Below, in pieces: positions 48,350 through 60,862 of a stretch of DNA of 64,000 nt. The notes beneath the pieces were generated by a model, which was given only the letters and a program-made list of their open reading frames with translations, was not told the origin of the DNA and made no database searches. This DNA is from Macrostomum hystrix (Eukaryota > Animalia > Platyhelminthes). Position numbers and translations under genes: made by a program. The stretch's first letter is position 1, and each line of letters opens with the position of its first letter. Location: the NCBI GenBank assembly GCA_950097015.1, contig CATNEN010000039.1, forward strand, positions 496,001 through 560,000, written 5' to 3'.

Positions 48350-51300
48350 CACAATGAGAGCCTTCAAGGTGGCTGCGGGGCTGCTAATTATGAGGCTGCT
48401 CCAATTGCTGGCTGCTCTCTAAAGTCTGCCTTCCGCTATTTCTCCTGGCTAGTCTCACTGTTGCCTCGCCTCTCGCTCTCGTCCGCTGTCTCGGAGCTTC
48501 GCTGTGAGTGGCGAGTATAAATGCAAATTTAATGACCCGCAGAGGGAAGGGGGACAAACGTATGAGGATAGGAGGGACTCGCCTCCCGTATACGCGGCGG
48601 CTCACTCCGCTCCCTCCCGTATCTTTTCTTCCCTTTGCTTCTCTCCTGCTCCCATTCGGGTGAAGACGGCAGGGCTCGCGGGTGGCCAGTGGGCTGCCTG
48701 AGTCCGAGTTTAAGCGGGAGAGAAGGCGAAATAAGGACAAGGCAACTTTGTCGCGGCCGATGCAAATGCTTACAAATTCTGCAAAGGGGATCTGAGCGAG
48801 AAAGTGATGCAAGGGAGAAGCGAGTAGAGCTGCATAAAAGGCGCTGAAAGCACACGGGCAGTGAAATCGATGTCTTTAAGGGGCCGCTGCCACGACAGAC
48901 CCTTTAAAATGCCGAGCTGCAATAGCGATAGTGCACCGATATGCACGGTGTATGCGAGAGGGTGAGGCTGGCTCAGTCTTGCGCGATGCTGGGTTAAAGA
49001 TGGTGATAGAATCGAAGCAACACACGAGATTATGAATAAAAGGGGAGCTGAAGCAAAGGGGATCGTGCTAAGAGCCCAAGAAACGGGAAGCAGCCTCCCC
49101 AGTTCGCACTGTCTCATTTGCTCTTCTTATCCCGTCTGCTGCCGGAATGGGGCTGCAGAGGGTGCCGGGCGAGCGAGCAGAAGGCAGGCGCGGTTTTACT
49201 TCTTTGTAGGTGCAAAAGGCTGGGTGAGTGGGCTATGCACAGGAGCTTTCCTTTGTAAACCGGCTTTGCTTCATCTCATCAGCTCCTTTTGCTACATGAT
49301 CCTCAGCCACCCATGTCGGGCTACTCTGCTCAACATAGAGCCGTGGAGTCATCGTGGGAGCTTGTCTTAGCTGCAGGCTGCATCGGCCCGAGCGGATGTA
49401 GGAGGCGGAGAGGACCGCCCATTCCGCTAGCCGCTGGAAACTGGACAGCCTCCGTTGAGATGATCTTTCTCAAGGGGACCCGACGGTATCTCGGTTTGGC
49501 CAACGATGTTCTAGCCGTAAAAACATAAAAGGCCGGGGCATAGTTTGTTTCGCGTTTTTCACTCACTGGCGGACAATAGCAAATGGAACAAAGGTCCGTT
49601 GGTACTTAAGCCAAGTACTCTTATTACGTGTTTCTCAACTAATTCATGTTAGATAACTATAAATAACTTCTGTGAATCGGCAATCTTTCGCCGTCCGCAA
49701 CTTCTCTCAGAAGCCACCCGACTGTCTATGCGACGAAAGGGGTCTATTAAGTTTGCCAACCGACGCTAATTGCTAGCGGGACATTTGCCTGTCTTACAAT
49801 AAAAGTATAAGTTGTACATTTTGTATTTTGAGACATTCAGCTTCATTTTTTAAAGACAATTATTGGTACATGTTTGGAGAATAAGACGTACCCACTAGTT
49901 TTTTATTCTATTCAATCATTGAGCCTATCATTCGGTAATCGTATGTATGTATTCGTACAGTTAGCTAATCATTATGTGGTATTCACACGAAACTCTTTCG
50001 TTTTGGATATGAGAATGCAACTTAGTACCTTAAAAGATAAATAAAATATGAAATGGCAATAAACACAGTTAGACGCAGCCTCTGAATCTTCGATGCTAGT
50101 GACTTTTGAGTTAGTCAGAGTTACGACTTAAAAATAATGTAGTCAACTTTGTAAGAATAAAGTACCGAAGTAAATTAATTCATCTGACTAATAAGTCACT
50201 AGCATCTGGCAAACCTCATGCTGGCAAACTTCGCGATCCCGAGAAAACAGTGAACTAAATTACTCGTAGCGGAAGCCTGGAACACAGGTGGAGACAAGCG
50301 CAGTCGCTGAAGCATCAGTCAAGAACTCTGCAGGGAAAATAAATCAATAGAGCGCTGTTATGAAAGCAGACAAAGTTACTGCAGTCCTGTAAAGTGCATG
50401 ATTTATTTTATTTCAGCGGTTCGCCGAGACCAAGTGCGAACTGTGTTGCGCAGGTTGCATGAAGAGCAGAAAAAATGCAATTTTGTAAACTGCAAAATGG
50501 GCAATAAATGTGCAGCTTACTAGCTCGTGTTTAAATATTTATAATCTGCATTTTCTCGAAAGGACTAACAGCAGCGTTTCAAATTACATGTTTATACCTT
50601 CTGCGCACTTCACAGAAACACCGTCTGCAGTGAAATTTTAAGGAGTGAATTAGCAGTCCAGTGGCCCGTGCAGTGGGGCGGCCAGGCAGAGGTCTTCCAG
50701 ATGAGTAGAGACGGTCTTCACTCGTCTCAGACCGCCTGGGGGAAATTAAATTCTGCATGCTCTTCCACTGCGCTGTCACCCTGAATACCGCGCAGAGTCA
50801 TCCGTCCATTTTACAGCCTTCTATGCCTTAGGGTACTAGCCTACCAGCCCTTATACCATATATAGCCTCGGACATTCAATATCAAGCTGACACGTGGACA
50901 CCATCCAGTGTGTTTTTAGAATCGAAGTAGATAGCATAGTGAATGCAATTACTTGTCTACTGCCAGGTCATGCGGCGCGACCGCGCCGGTGCCAAAATGA
51001 ACCTGAATCAGGGTAGCCACCATAGGCTTCAAGACGATCTCGGGAACTTAAGTCTTGATCCCTGAAATATCATCCAGATCGAGATCACGTCTATCCATAT
51101 TCACTAAGATAAGATACCCGCGATAGACAGCTTACGCATTTGAAAGAACCACTGTAAAATACACTAGAAACCTAAGAATAAATGTAGTACTAAATTCGAA
51201 GAGTTGAATTTTTTTACTTAAGTCAACTTAAGGAGTCCTTGGGGTCGTACTATTAACCGTTTTTAAGATTAGTTTGATCATCGCTCCTGTCTCTGCAGTG

Positions 51301-51890
51301 TACATTTTTTAATCGAAAAACCAGAATCGTAAAAGTCAATTCACTTAGGTTTAATACATTTCCAGCAAAACTTAACGCACAGCAGTTCTTTGTTCTGTGC
51401 AAGAACTTTTTTGTCTCTGAAAGCTAATAAGTTTTACGAAATAAGAAATATCTTTGTTTGTTTGTGATAACAAAAAATATATTATAATTTATAAATGTAT
51501 GTTCTACTTAGAAAACTTCGTAACAGTAATGACTATTTACAACTGAACAACGCTTTTGCAATACTTTTATTGGCCGTAAAATAGCCATAAGGCATAATAA
51601 TATATTTGTAATCGGTGATATGTGCCAATTATTCACAAACACTTTTTTATTTATAAGAAGAAAGTTTTTCCTTTTTGCCGGACTGCAACAAACACAAAGG
51701 ACAAAGCACAAAAACTGTTGAGTGAACTATTAGTTAGGAGTGCTAATGCTGCAAGCATAAACAATAGCATTATTTGGGAACGCGGTAGATTTTCGAGTAG
51801 CTAGTACGATTACAAACAAAAAGATGAGCACTAAATATTAATTATACAGTATTGTTTTTGTTCAATTTTTTTGTTTTTAGACCTAACTGT

Positions 51891-52143
51891 CATAGGAGTA
51901 GGAATGATTAAAAAAGTGGGGGGGGCCAAGGCCAAGGGGAGGATCCATTTCCCCGAAAAAAATCCCAAAAATGACAATTGTTATTAATTCAATATTGCCC
52001 TTGCAGTAAAAATAGTAAAAAATAAGCAAAAAGTCAACATTTTGCATTTAAAATGTGGGGGGGGCCAGATCTCATTACTGGCCCCCCTAACTTAAAAAGT
52101 GGGGGGCCATGGCCCCACTGTCCCCCCCATTCCTACGCCTATG
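51891..52143. mobile_element. hAT-type MITE (253 bp)
   Basis: TIRs CATAGGAGTAGGAATG / CATTCCTACGCCTATG (one mismatch). Exact 8-bp TSD CTAACTGT at 51883-51890 and 52144-52151. Internal repeated GTGGGGGGGCCA-like motifs. Confidence 0.9.
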
Positions 52144-53026
52144 CTAACTGTGGCTTCTTGTAGAAAGCTATAACATTGCTAAATTATTCATCTAATTGAT
52201 AAATATTTGCAATTTATCTGTGGTTTAATTTAAAGTATGTGTTGCTTTTACTATGACTTTTTATATATTGCATTCCATAGCAAAGCCATATTTTGCTATT
52301 TATAGCTTATTGACAAAACAAATGTAGTCAGACAAAAAGAGCCTTGCTACTGAACAATGACATCTTCAATATTATTTGATTGCCAAGCAGCAGAAGCATA
52401 TTATCAAGATACACAAGTCACTGCCAGAGTTCCTTGCAAAATTATATATATGATCTTATCTGTGCTAATAATTTCTTGAATTGTTGCTCTATTGAAGAAA
52501 AAGTATCAGCACCTATTATTGCATGTGCATACCAGAAAAATAATACATAAAAAAGCCACCTTTGAAATAAAAAATCTCCAATTCTTGTATTTTCAGAGCA
52601 CTACAACAATTGAACAGTATCTGCTTTTTTGTTCACTGTTTTGACTCAAAGTTTTAAAGACTAAAAAACTATTATACTGCTATATATTATACTATTATTT
52701 AACTATTAGACCCCAAAAGGTTGTGTATGTAGGGCTGAGGGGTGTTGAAAAGTGGTGTGACGCGTTTGGTAAAAATTAATATAAGAGGCATGCAAATCAC
52801 TATATGACTATTATTCAAACAATGAAAATTAAAGTGCAACTTCAAACAGGATCAATAGAACGATCGAGAAAGGGCACAGTGGCTGACTAACTTTCCTAGG
52901 CATTTTGCAGCATCACCATTTTTTAGTACTCTCCATCCACTAGAAGTAGGTTTATGGAGATGTTTCACATTGTTGGCCTATCACACAAGCACTGCAAAAC
53001 TGTCTTTCTTGCAGGCATCCCAAGCA

Positions 53027-56000
53027 ATGTCCATATCTGCAGCAGCAGCCGTGGACTGGCAGTTTGACAGCTTCGATGACGGCTCGAGAAAGGAGGCGGG
53101 TCTGGTCCAGCTGAAGCGCTTCTCAGCATTCCTGCAGCAGCACTTGCAGAAGTCCTGGGAGATCTCCACCGCCATCGGGCATGCCTCCGAAGTGCCCGAC
53201 ACCTTCATCGACCCACTGCTGTTGGACTTCAGTCCGATGGAACACACAAACCTGCGCGAGCTGGCCAACACCGACAATGTCAACTTCAACAAGGTGGCCA
53301 TCACCCTGGCTTTCCTTATTAAAGAGATGAATTTCCTGACGGCCGAAGGTAGGCCAACTGTTTTTGCACTTCCGAGCTGGTTCATTGCTGTAACTCTTGG
53401 CTGGTTCATTGCTGTAACTCATGGTTGGGGCATTGCTGTAACTCATGGCTGGTTCATTGCTGTAACTCTTGTCTGGTTCATTGCTATAACTTTGGGCTGG
53501 GGCATTGATGTAAGTCATGGCTGGGCATTGCTGTAACTCATGGCTGGTTCATTGCTGTAACTCATGGCTGGGGCATTGCTGTAACTCATGGCTGGTTCAT
53601 TGCTGTAACTCATGGCTGGGGCATTGCTGTAACTCATGGCTGGGGCATTGCTGTAACTCATGGCTGGTTCATTGCTGTAACTCTTGGCTGGTTTATTGCT
53701 GTAACTCTTGGCTGGTTCATTGCTGTAACTCATGGCTGGTTCATTGCTGTAACTCTTGGCTGGTTCATTGCTGTAACTCATGGCTGGAGCATTGCTGTAA
53801 CTCATGGCTGGTTCATTGCTATAACTTAGGGCTGGTTCATTGCTGTAACTCATGGCTGGGGCATTGCTGTAACTTAGGGCCGGGGCATTGCTGTAACTCA
53901 CGGCTGGGTCACGGCTGAGTATAAGAGCTCAGAGCAGCCTAGAGTCCCCTAGACATCGCAAGCAGCCAATGGCATCTGCCCGCAGGCCGTTCCGCCTACC
54001 TCCAGCCATTCGCCTGCTACGGCGAGCCGTCGGTCGAAGAGACTGCCACTGACAGGGACCCGGCCGCGCACAGCTGGAACCGCATGGCCCGCCTGCTGCC
54101 GCTGTTCCAGGACCTCATCTCCTTCAAGCGCCGCTGTGAGGAGACCGTGCGGCACACTGTGCAGCAGCTCGCCTGCCTGTTCGATTCCAGCAAGCCCCGC
54201 GCCGGCCTTCCCGACATGACCGGCATTCACCTGGGCCCGGTCTTTACCGCTCTCTGTGACCTTCTCGCCTGCCTCATCAGCCTGGACGAGCTGCTGAACT
54301 CGCCTAACAGCACCGGCGTCATTCAGGTTGTCGCTTGCTCTTTGTGCTGCTGCGAGCTGCTTCCGTCCCTAAGACTCGAATGATGAATGATGCAATGCAG
54401 ATTCCACTGCGTCACTTATCTAGCATTCTTTTTCCCCTTCTACGAAATCTGCAGGAGGACTGGGCCGTCTTCAAGAAGCTCGTGACGGCTGTGAAGCACG
54501 ACCCCGCCAAGTACGCCTTCGACATCGGACAGGTGAAGTCTTTCGAGAAGATCCTTATGAGCCTGCAGGGCGAGGTGCTTGACAGCACGATCTTCCAGAG
54601 CTGCGCCGAGCAGCTTTTCGACGACTCCGGCATCGCCGTTAGCAAGAACTCCCTGCTAGCCGAGGAGTTCATGCTCAGCCTGCGCTCTATTTTACAGCAG
54701 TTTGACTCCAGGATTGAGTCGCAGCAGGTGAGCATGAGGATTCTGGGTCACTGCTTCATTATTATCTCCGGCTCTTCTGAGGAACGCGCGGCTAGGCTGC
54801 TTTGTGAGTAGAAGATGCGGCCTGCTTTGTGGGTAGATGATGCGGGCTGCTTTGTAAACTGTGAGTAGATGATTCGGGCTGCTTTGTAAACTGTGAGTAG
54901 ATGATTCGGGCTGCTTTGTAAACTGTGAGTAGATGATTCGGGCTGCTTTGTAAACTGTGAGTAGATGATTCGGGCTGCTTTGTAAACTGTGAGTAGATGA
55001 TTCGGGCTGCTTTGTAAACTGTGAGTAGTTGATGCGGGCGGAGGCTGAGATGTAAACAGATGAGCATGTATCTGTTATCTGTTGTTTGATTTGCCCAGTT
55101 CCAATCAGCATCAGGCTCCCTCCAATCCACACAGGTGCTGGAAACCAACGAGCGCACCCGCTTTGTCGGCTTGTGTGGCCTCTACGTGCTGTACTTCAAC
55201 ATCTTCCGCTCTGTGGACAAGAATGCATTCCGAGACTTGTGGGCCATGCACAAGCGGCTTCCCGCAGTGTACCTGACTGGCAATGTGCTATTCTATCCGT
55301 GCGACTTCCTGAGAGCCCGCCTATCCCAAGTTGACCGTCTGCTGGACAAGAAGGTGCGCTCAGCCGTATGGGCACTGGGGCTAATCAGAGCACAGTCGTA
55401 TCAGACGACAACAGGTTCGGTTAGTCGCACTACAGCAAATCCTGGCATTTCCCACCCTCAGGCGCTGTCTGCAGTGGTGGAGCACCGCCGAGCCTGGCTG
55501 GCCGAGCGAGACGCCGGCATGACGCGGGACTCGCAGGCGCTGCTGTCGCTGGTACAGTCCTGGTCCGCACGCATGGAGGGCGGCTTTAGGCGTGCCGAAA
55601 CTGTTGCTGGCGACCTCAACGCCAAAGCCAGCCTGCTGCTGGAGGGCTTGTCGTTGGCGTTCCGCCTCCGCCACCTGGTCACCACAGCTCTCACCATGCA
55701 CTCGCGAACTCAAACCCGAGTGACCAAGCCCTGCCTGCTGGCCATGTTCCGCATGATAGAGCTGCTGAAGGTGTGTCACAAACCTCCATGCTCTGCTATC
55801 CGCACTGTCATACTCACCTATGCTCAGCTGTCCACACAGACTCACCTATGCTCAGCTGTCCACACAGACTCACCTATGCTCAGCTGTCCACACAGACTCA
55901 CCTATGCTCAGCTATCCACACAGACTCACCTATGCTCAGCTATCCACACAGACTCACCTATGCTCAGCTATCCACACAGACTCACCTATGCTCAGCTATC

Positions 56001-59000
56001 CACACAGACTCACCTATGCTCAGCTATCCACACAGACTCACCTATGCTCAGCTATCCACACAGACTCACCTATGCTCAGCTATCCACACAGACTCACCTA
56101 TGCTCAGCTATCCACACAGACTCACCTATGCTCAGCTATCCACACAGACTCACCTATGCTCAGCTAACCGCTCGGCCGTGCATCTACCCGCAGGTGGTGC
56201 AGTCTGTGTACCAGCGCCGCTCGATGCTTTTGGCCAGCAACCTGACCAATGTGCAGCAGCACTTCAGCTACGCGGCCCACCAGACGCTGCACGCGGCCAA
56301 GAAGCGTCTGATTGGCTCCACTGACCGGCATTATTCGCAGCGCAAACTGGACCTGCTCTCCGCCCTCATCCTGGCCGAAAACTGTTTGAACGGGCCGCCC
56401 ACGCAAGACCGCCTGTGCCTCGTACAGCTGGGACTGAGCATGGCCAACACTGGCAAGACTTTCAGGTGGTTTCAGCTTATCCTCTGTCTGTGGCTTCAAT
56501 TTGCTGTCTTGTTTTCATGCTTGAATTCAATATCATGCAGATAAATTTTAAAGGCCTGGCAAGGCCGCACTGAGGCGCAGTGCTGATTCGTGTATTGGGG
56601 TGTATGAAATGCACTCGCACTTTTGGTAAAAATTAGACCTTCGGTCAGAAGCATTAAATATCTCTTTGTTCTGAAGAGCCAGCGAGATTATTGTTTAAGT
56701 TTGCCAGTGTTCTTCAGTTTCTTGTGCTTGCGTAGCGTTACACAAAAATTGTCAGGTGTTGGTAATCGCTATTTCTACTGTTAAGCCACACCATTTACGT
56801 TTTGTACTTAAAACCCAAACAGAGAGGAGGAGCTGACCCAGCTGAGTTCCACCCTCCGCAAGCTGGAACTGATCGCCAGCCTGGACTCACTGCTGGCAGA
56901 GGCTACGGACTGCGCCTTCCTGATTTGGCACGGCCAGCGCCCGGTACTGCAGATTCACCTTACCGACCTGTACTCAGGAGGCCAGGACGTGAACCGGCTG
57001 CACTGGCTGTTCGCCGCGCTGGCAGATGGCAGTCGACTGCTGGCCGGCTCTCGGCACGCCGCCTCGCCCGTCGGCGTGGTCGCCGCCTTTGAGACCGAAG
57101 CGCTGGCCGCGGCGCGTGAGTCGATTGTAGCTCCACTCTGCCGTGACGTGGAGACGGACCTGCGCCTGCAGATCCACGCGCACCTGCAGCTGGACGACCG
57201 CAACCCGCTGCGGGTTGGCCGCCGAGATCTCCTCCACCTGTTGACCTGCCGGCCCATCCGAGCCTTCAACACCTACCTGAACCTGAAAGCAGAGGTCGAG
57301 GCCTACTTAGACCGCACGTTCTACAACCTCACCACCGTGGCGCTGCACGACTGGCGCACCTACGCAGAGATGAAGAGCCTCGCGCAGCAGCAGTACCGCC
57401 TGTTTCTGGTTGAGCCTCACCTGCCCAGCCAGCAGCTCGAACAAGTACGCCGCATCAGCTTTCTGGCCTCTTTCCTTTTAGCTCACAGCCAGTCTATGAC
57501 CTTCGCCTCCTGACTCACCGCACCGCAGGGCCTGGATGTGCTGGAGATCATGCGCAACATTCACGTGTTCGTTGCCAAGTATCTTTACAACCTGAATAAC
57601 CAGATCTTCGTGGAGAAGGCCTCCAACAACAAGCACCTGAACACCATCAACATCCGGCACGTGGCCAACTCGATTCGAACCCACGGCACTGGCATCATGA
57701 ACACCACCGTAAACTATACCTATCAGTACCTGCGCAAGAAATTCTTCATCTTCTCCCAGTTCATGTTTGACGAGCATATCAAAGCGCGCCTCATTAAGGA
57801 CCGGCGCCACTTCCTGGAAAACCACGTAGAGGGGGGCGCCAAAGACCAGATGTTCCCTTATGAGAGAGCCGACAAGTTCAACAAGGGCATCCGTCAGCTT
57901 GGAGTCACAGGTCTGTTAAACAGCGCTTATCTCTTTAGTGTTACATTTTCTCAGCCTTTCTGTATTTTTCTGTCTGTGAATGTTTTTGTGTACTCTGTGG
58001 GTGATGCGCCCTCCTGCAGACGAGGGCCTGACCTTCCTGGACCACTTCCGGCTGCTGATCACGCAGATCGGCAACGCCATGGGTTATGTGCGCATGATCC
58101 GCAGCGGCGGCCTCAACTGCTGCAGCAGCGCCATCCGCTTCGTCCCCGACCTGGAAGACATTCCCGCCTTCGAGGAGCTCGCCAGCAAGGCTGGCCTTAG
58201 CCAAGGCACCGTGACTGCCGCCCAGCAGCTGGACCAGGTGATTGAGCACTGCAAATGCATAGCACCCGAGTGTACTCTGCAATCCCCACAGCACTAATAT
58301 TTGTCTCCTATCCATCATCACGCAGGTGGTTGCCAGTCTGGTGAAGAACTACAGCGAGGGCACGGATTACTTTGCCATGCTGGTGGACGTGTTCGCCAAG
58401 GAGTTCCGAGACAAGAAGAATGCCCACCTCCGCAATGTTCACGTGATTGTGCCTGCGCTCACCGTTAACTTTGTTGAGCACATGGTGCAGTGCAAGGAGC
58501 GACTCAGCAAGAAGAACAAAACCGGCGCCGCCTTCTCTGATGACGGCTTCGCCATGGGGCTGGCCTACGTGCTGAAGCTGCTGGACCAGAGCCGCGAATT
58601 TGACTCCCTGCACTGGTTCCGCTCCGTGCAGCGCCACTACGGCTCCCTCAGTAGTCAGGTGAGTCCACTGAATCCCTGGCTGCACCTGCCTGTACTCTGA
58701 TTTAGCACTACGGCTCTCTCAGTAGTCAGGTGAGTCCACTGAATCCCTGGCTGCACCTGCCTGTACTCTGATTTAGCACTACGGCTCCCTCAGTAGTCAG
58801 GTGAGTCCACTGAATCCCGCTTTTGCCTGAACCCGCAGGCCAAGCAGCAGCTGGAGAAGGCTGGCCGCTCGGACGAGAAGTTGCAGCAGACGCTGTCGTT
58901 GACGCTCAGTCGGCATGAGCGCTACTCACGCGAGTTCGCCCTGCTGGACCAGGGCCTCACCAGCGCCAGGATCTTCTTCCGCGCAGAGAAGGAAGGCGGC

Positions 59001-59078
59001 GGCGCCGGTGAGGCTGCGGCCGCGTCGGCACCGGCGCCAGAAGCATTGGAGCCGGCGGTGGCTGCTGGTGCTTCGTAG
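53027..59078 (+). CDS. WASHC4: WASH complex subunit 4 (SWIP/KIAA1033), 11 exons, ~1176 aa
   Basis: Exons 53027-53348, 53986-54326, 54455-54727, 55135-55353, 55462-55770, 56194-56465, 56823-57444, 57529-57910, 58020-58237, 58326-58658, 58839-59078 (3531 nt). Motifs '[21 protein letters not shown]', '[59 protein letters not shown]', '[12 protein letters not shown]'. Confidence 0.95.
53376..53908. repeat. Intronic minisatellite, 24-bp unit (gctggttcattgctgtaactcatg), ~22 copies
   Basis: WASHC4 intron 1. Confidence 0.95.
54804..55028. repeat. Intronic minisatellite, 32-bp unit starting GTGAGT
   Basis: WASHC4 intron 3. Confidence 0.9.
55812..56166. repeat. Intronic minisatellite, 28-bp unit (actcacctatgctcagctatccacacag)
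   Basis: WASHC4 intron 5. Confidence 0.95.
58635..58818 (+). repeat. 71-bp tandem triplication spanning the WASHC4 exon 10 donor
   Basis: cactacggctc(c/t)ctcagtagtcag|gtgagtcc at 58635, 58706 and 58777. Confidence 0.92.
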
Positions 59079-59280
59079 CTCCACGGCACCTGCGATGGCT
59101 TCAGGCTCTGCAAAGGGCTGTGCTCACTCCGAACTCAAAATACTTATGCGGATTTTTATTCGAATCACTTTCAGTTCATGATCCTTTGATTTTACTCAGA
59201 AAATTGCATGAGCAATACCATTTAACTGCCAAATACTTCTGCTTGTATGCCCGGCAATCTGCGATTCTCGGCCCCATTAT

Positions 59281-59893
59281 CCTCAGATGATTCAATCATG
59301 CTGCTGCTGGGTTGCTGCAGGCATTCTTAAAGTGCCTCAGGTTATGCAATCATGCTGCTGCTGGGTTGCTGCAGGCATTCTTAAAGTGCCTCAGGTTATG
59401 CAGTCATGCTGCTGCTGGGTTGCTGCAGGCATTCTTAAAGTGCCTCAGGTTATGCAATCATGCTGCTGCTGGGTTGCTGCATGCATTCTTAAAGTGCCTC
59501 AGGTTATGCAATCATGCTGCTGCTGGGTTGCTGCAGGCATTCTTAAAGTGCCTCAGGTTATGCAATCATGCTGCTGCTGGGTTGCTGCATGCATTCTTAA
59601 AGTGCCTCAGGTTATGCAATCATGCTGCTGCTGGGTTGCTGCAGGCATTCTTAAAGTGCCTCAGGTTATGCAATCATGCTGCTGCTGGGTTGCTGCAGGC
59701 ATTCTCAAAGTGCCTCAGGTTATGCAGTCATGCTGCTGCTGGGTTGCTGCAGGCATTCTTAAAGTGCCTCAGGTTATGCAATCATGCTGCTGCTGGGTTG
59801 CTGCAGGCATTCTCAAAGTGCCTCAGGTTATGCAGTCATGCTGCTGCTGGGTTGCTGCAGGCATTCTCAAAGTGCCTCAGGTTATGCAATCAT
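59281..59893. repeat. Minisatellite, 54-bp unit, ~11 copies
   Basis: Downstream of the WASHC4 stop. It gives the 18-aa repeat ORFs. Confidence 0.95.
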
Positions 59894-60384
59894 TATCGGG
59901 GTTGACTGTTGCCTCTCACTGGAGACTTCTGTAGAGTGGTGAGGTCCAGGGTTCAGAATTGCTTGCAGTCAACCGCCTCCCATGAAGTGTAAGCACCGAG
60001 CTCCGACCATTCTGATTTGTTTCGTGATCAGCCTGCCGCTGCTTGTATGATTCGTTTTCATTCGAATTCGTTACTACTCACAAAAAATATACAAGCGTGC
60101 TCATTCCAGTGATTTCTTATAAGCCTGTGATTGCTTAATTGTTGCTTAATTCTGTTTTGCCTATACCTGATTTGACCTACACGTTGTGATAGAATAGCTA
60201 GATGGATAGCTGTTTGGGGTGGATTTACAGTCAGTTATTGCGCTGCGCTTCTAAAATCTGTGTATGCCTGTTCAGTCCGTGGACCAAGGAAGCCACCTGG
60301 TAACCAGGTGAATTACGAGCGTACAGCCGAACTGAAGCTTAAGTGTCTCGCTTAACAAAAAAATACCACGCTATTTTTAACTCT

Positions 60385-60862
60385 AGGGAAAGACAACGGG
60401 GTATTTCAAAAAGCACCGCCTACTTCATCATAGCTCCCAAACAAAATGACCGATTTTTGTGAAAGTCCACTATTTAGATCAAAATTTTCCGCCCTTTACT
60501 ATTAACTTTTAAATCCGTCCGATTTAGCATCGATATTCAGCGATTCTTGTCAAAGGCCCTGGTGACATGGACACAAGCATTGCTCTGTTTAAACTTCTGG
60601 CGGATTGATAATGGCTCAATAATGCAATTATATTATCAATATAATCTACAATAGTAACAGCCGACATGGTTACATGATGACCTTTTGTGACATTCTGGGA
60701 GCCTTTGCCACCAGACATCCCGACAAGAATTATTGAATATCTTAACGATGCCGATGTTTTGTGATTCTGTAATTTTTTTTTCGGATATAGCGGAAACATT
60801 TAATATTTGTGGAGATACACAAAAAATTGGTTATTTGAAAATACCCCCGTGGTCGCTTCACT
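60385..60862. mobile_element. Degenerate TIR element (putative MITE)
   Basis: Left end AGGGAAAGACAACGGGGTATTTCAAA is an imperfect inverted match to right end TTTGAAAATACCCCCGTGGTCGCTTCACT. AT-rich interior. TSD not resolved. Confidence 0.5.

Noticed and set aside
51236-52720. Possible inverted repeat TTGGGGTC / GACCCCAA enclosing the MITE
   Set aside because: The match is too short and no TSD is identifiable.
59287-59934. 215-aa 'QSCCCWVAAGILKVPQVM' repeat ORF
   Set aside because: A 54-bp minisatellite downstream of the WASHC4 stop, open in two frames, with no other coding evidence.
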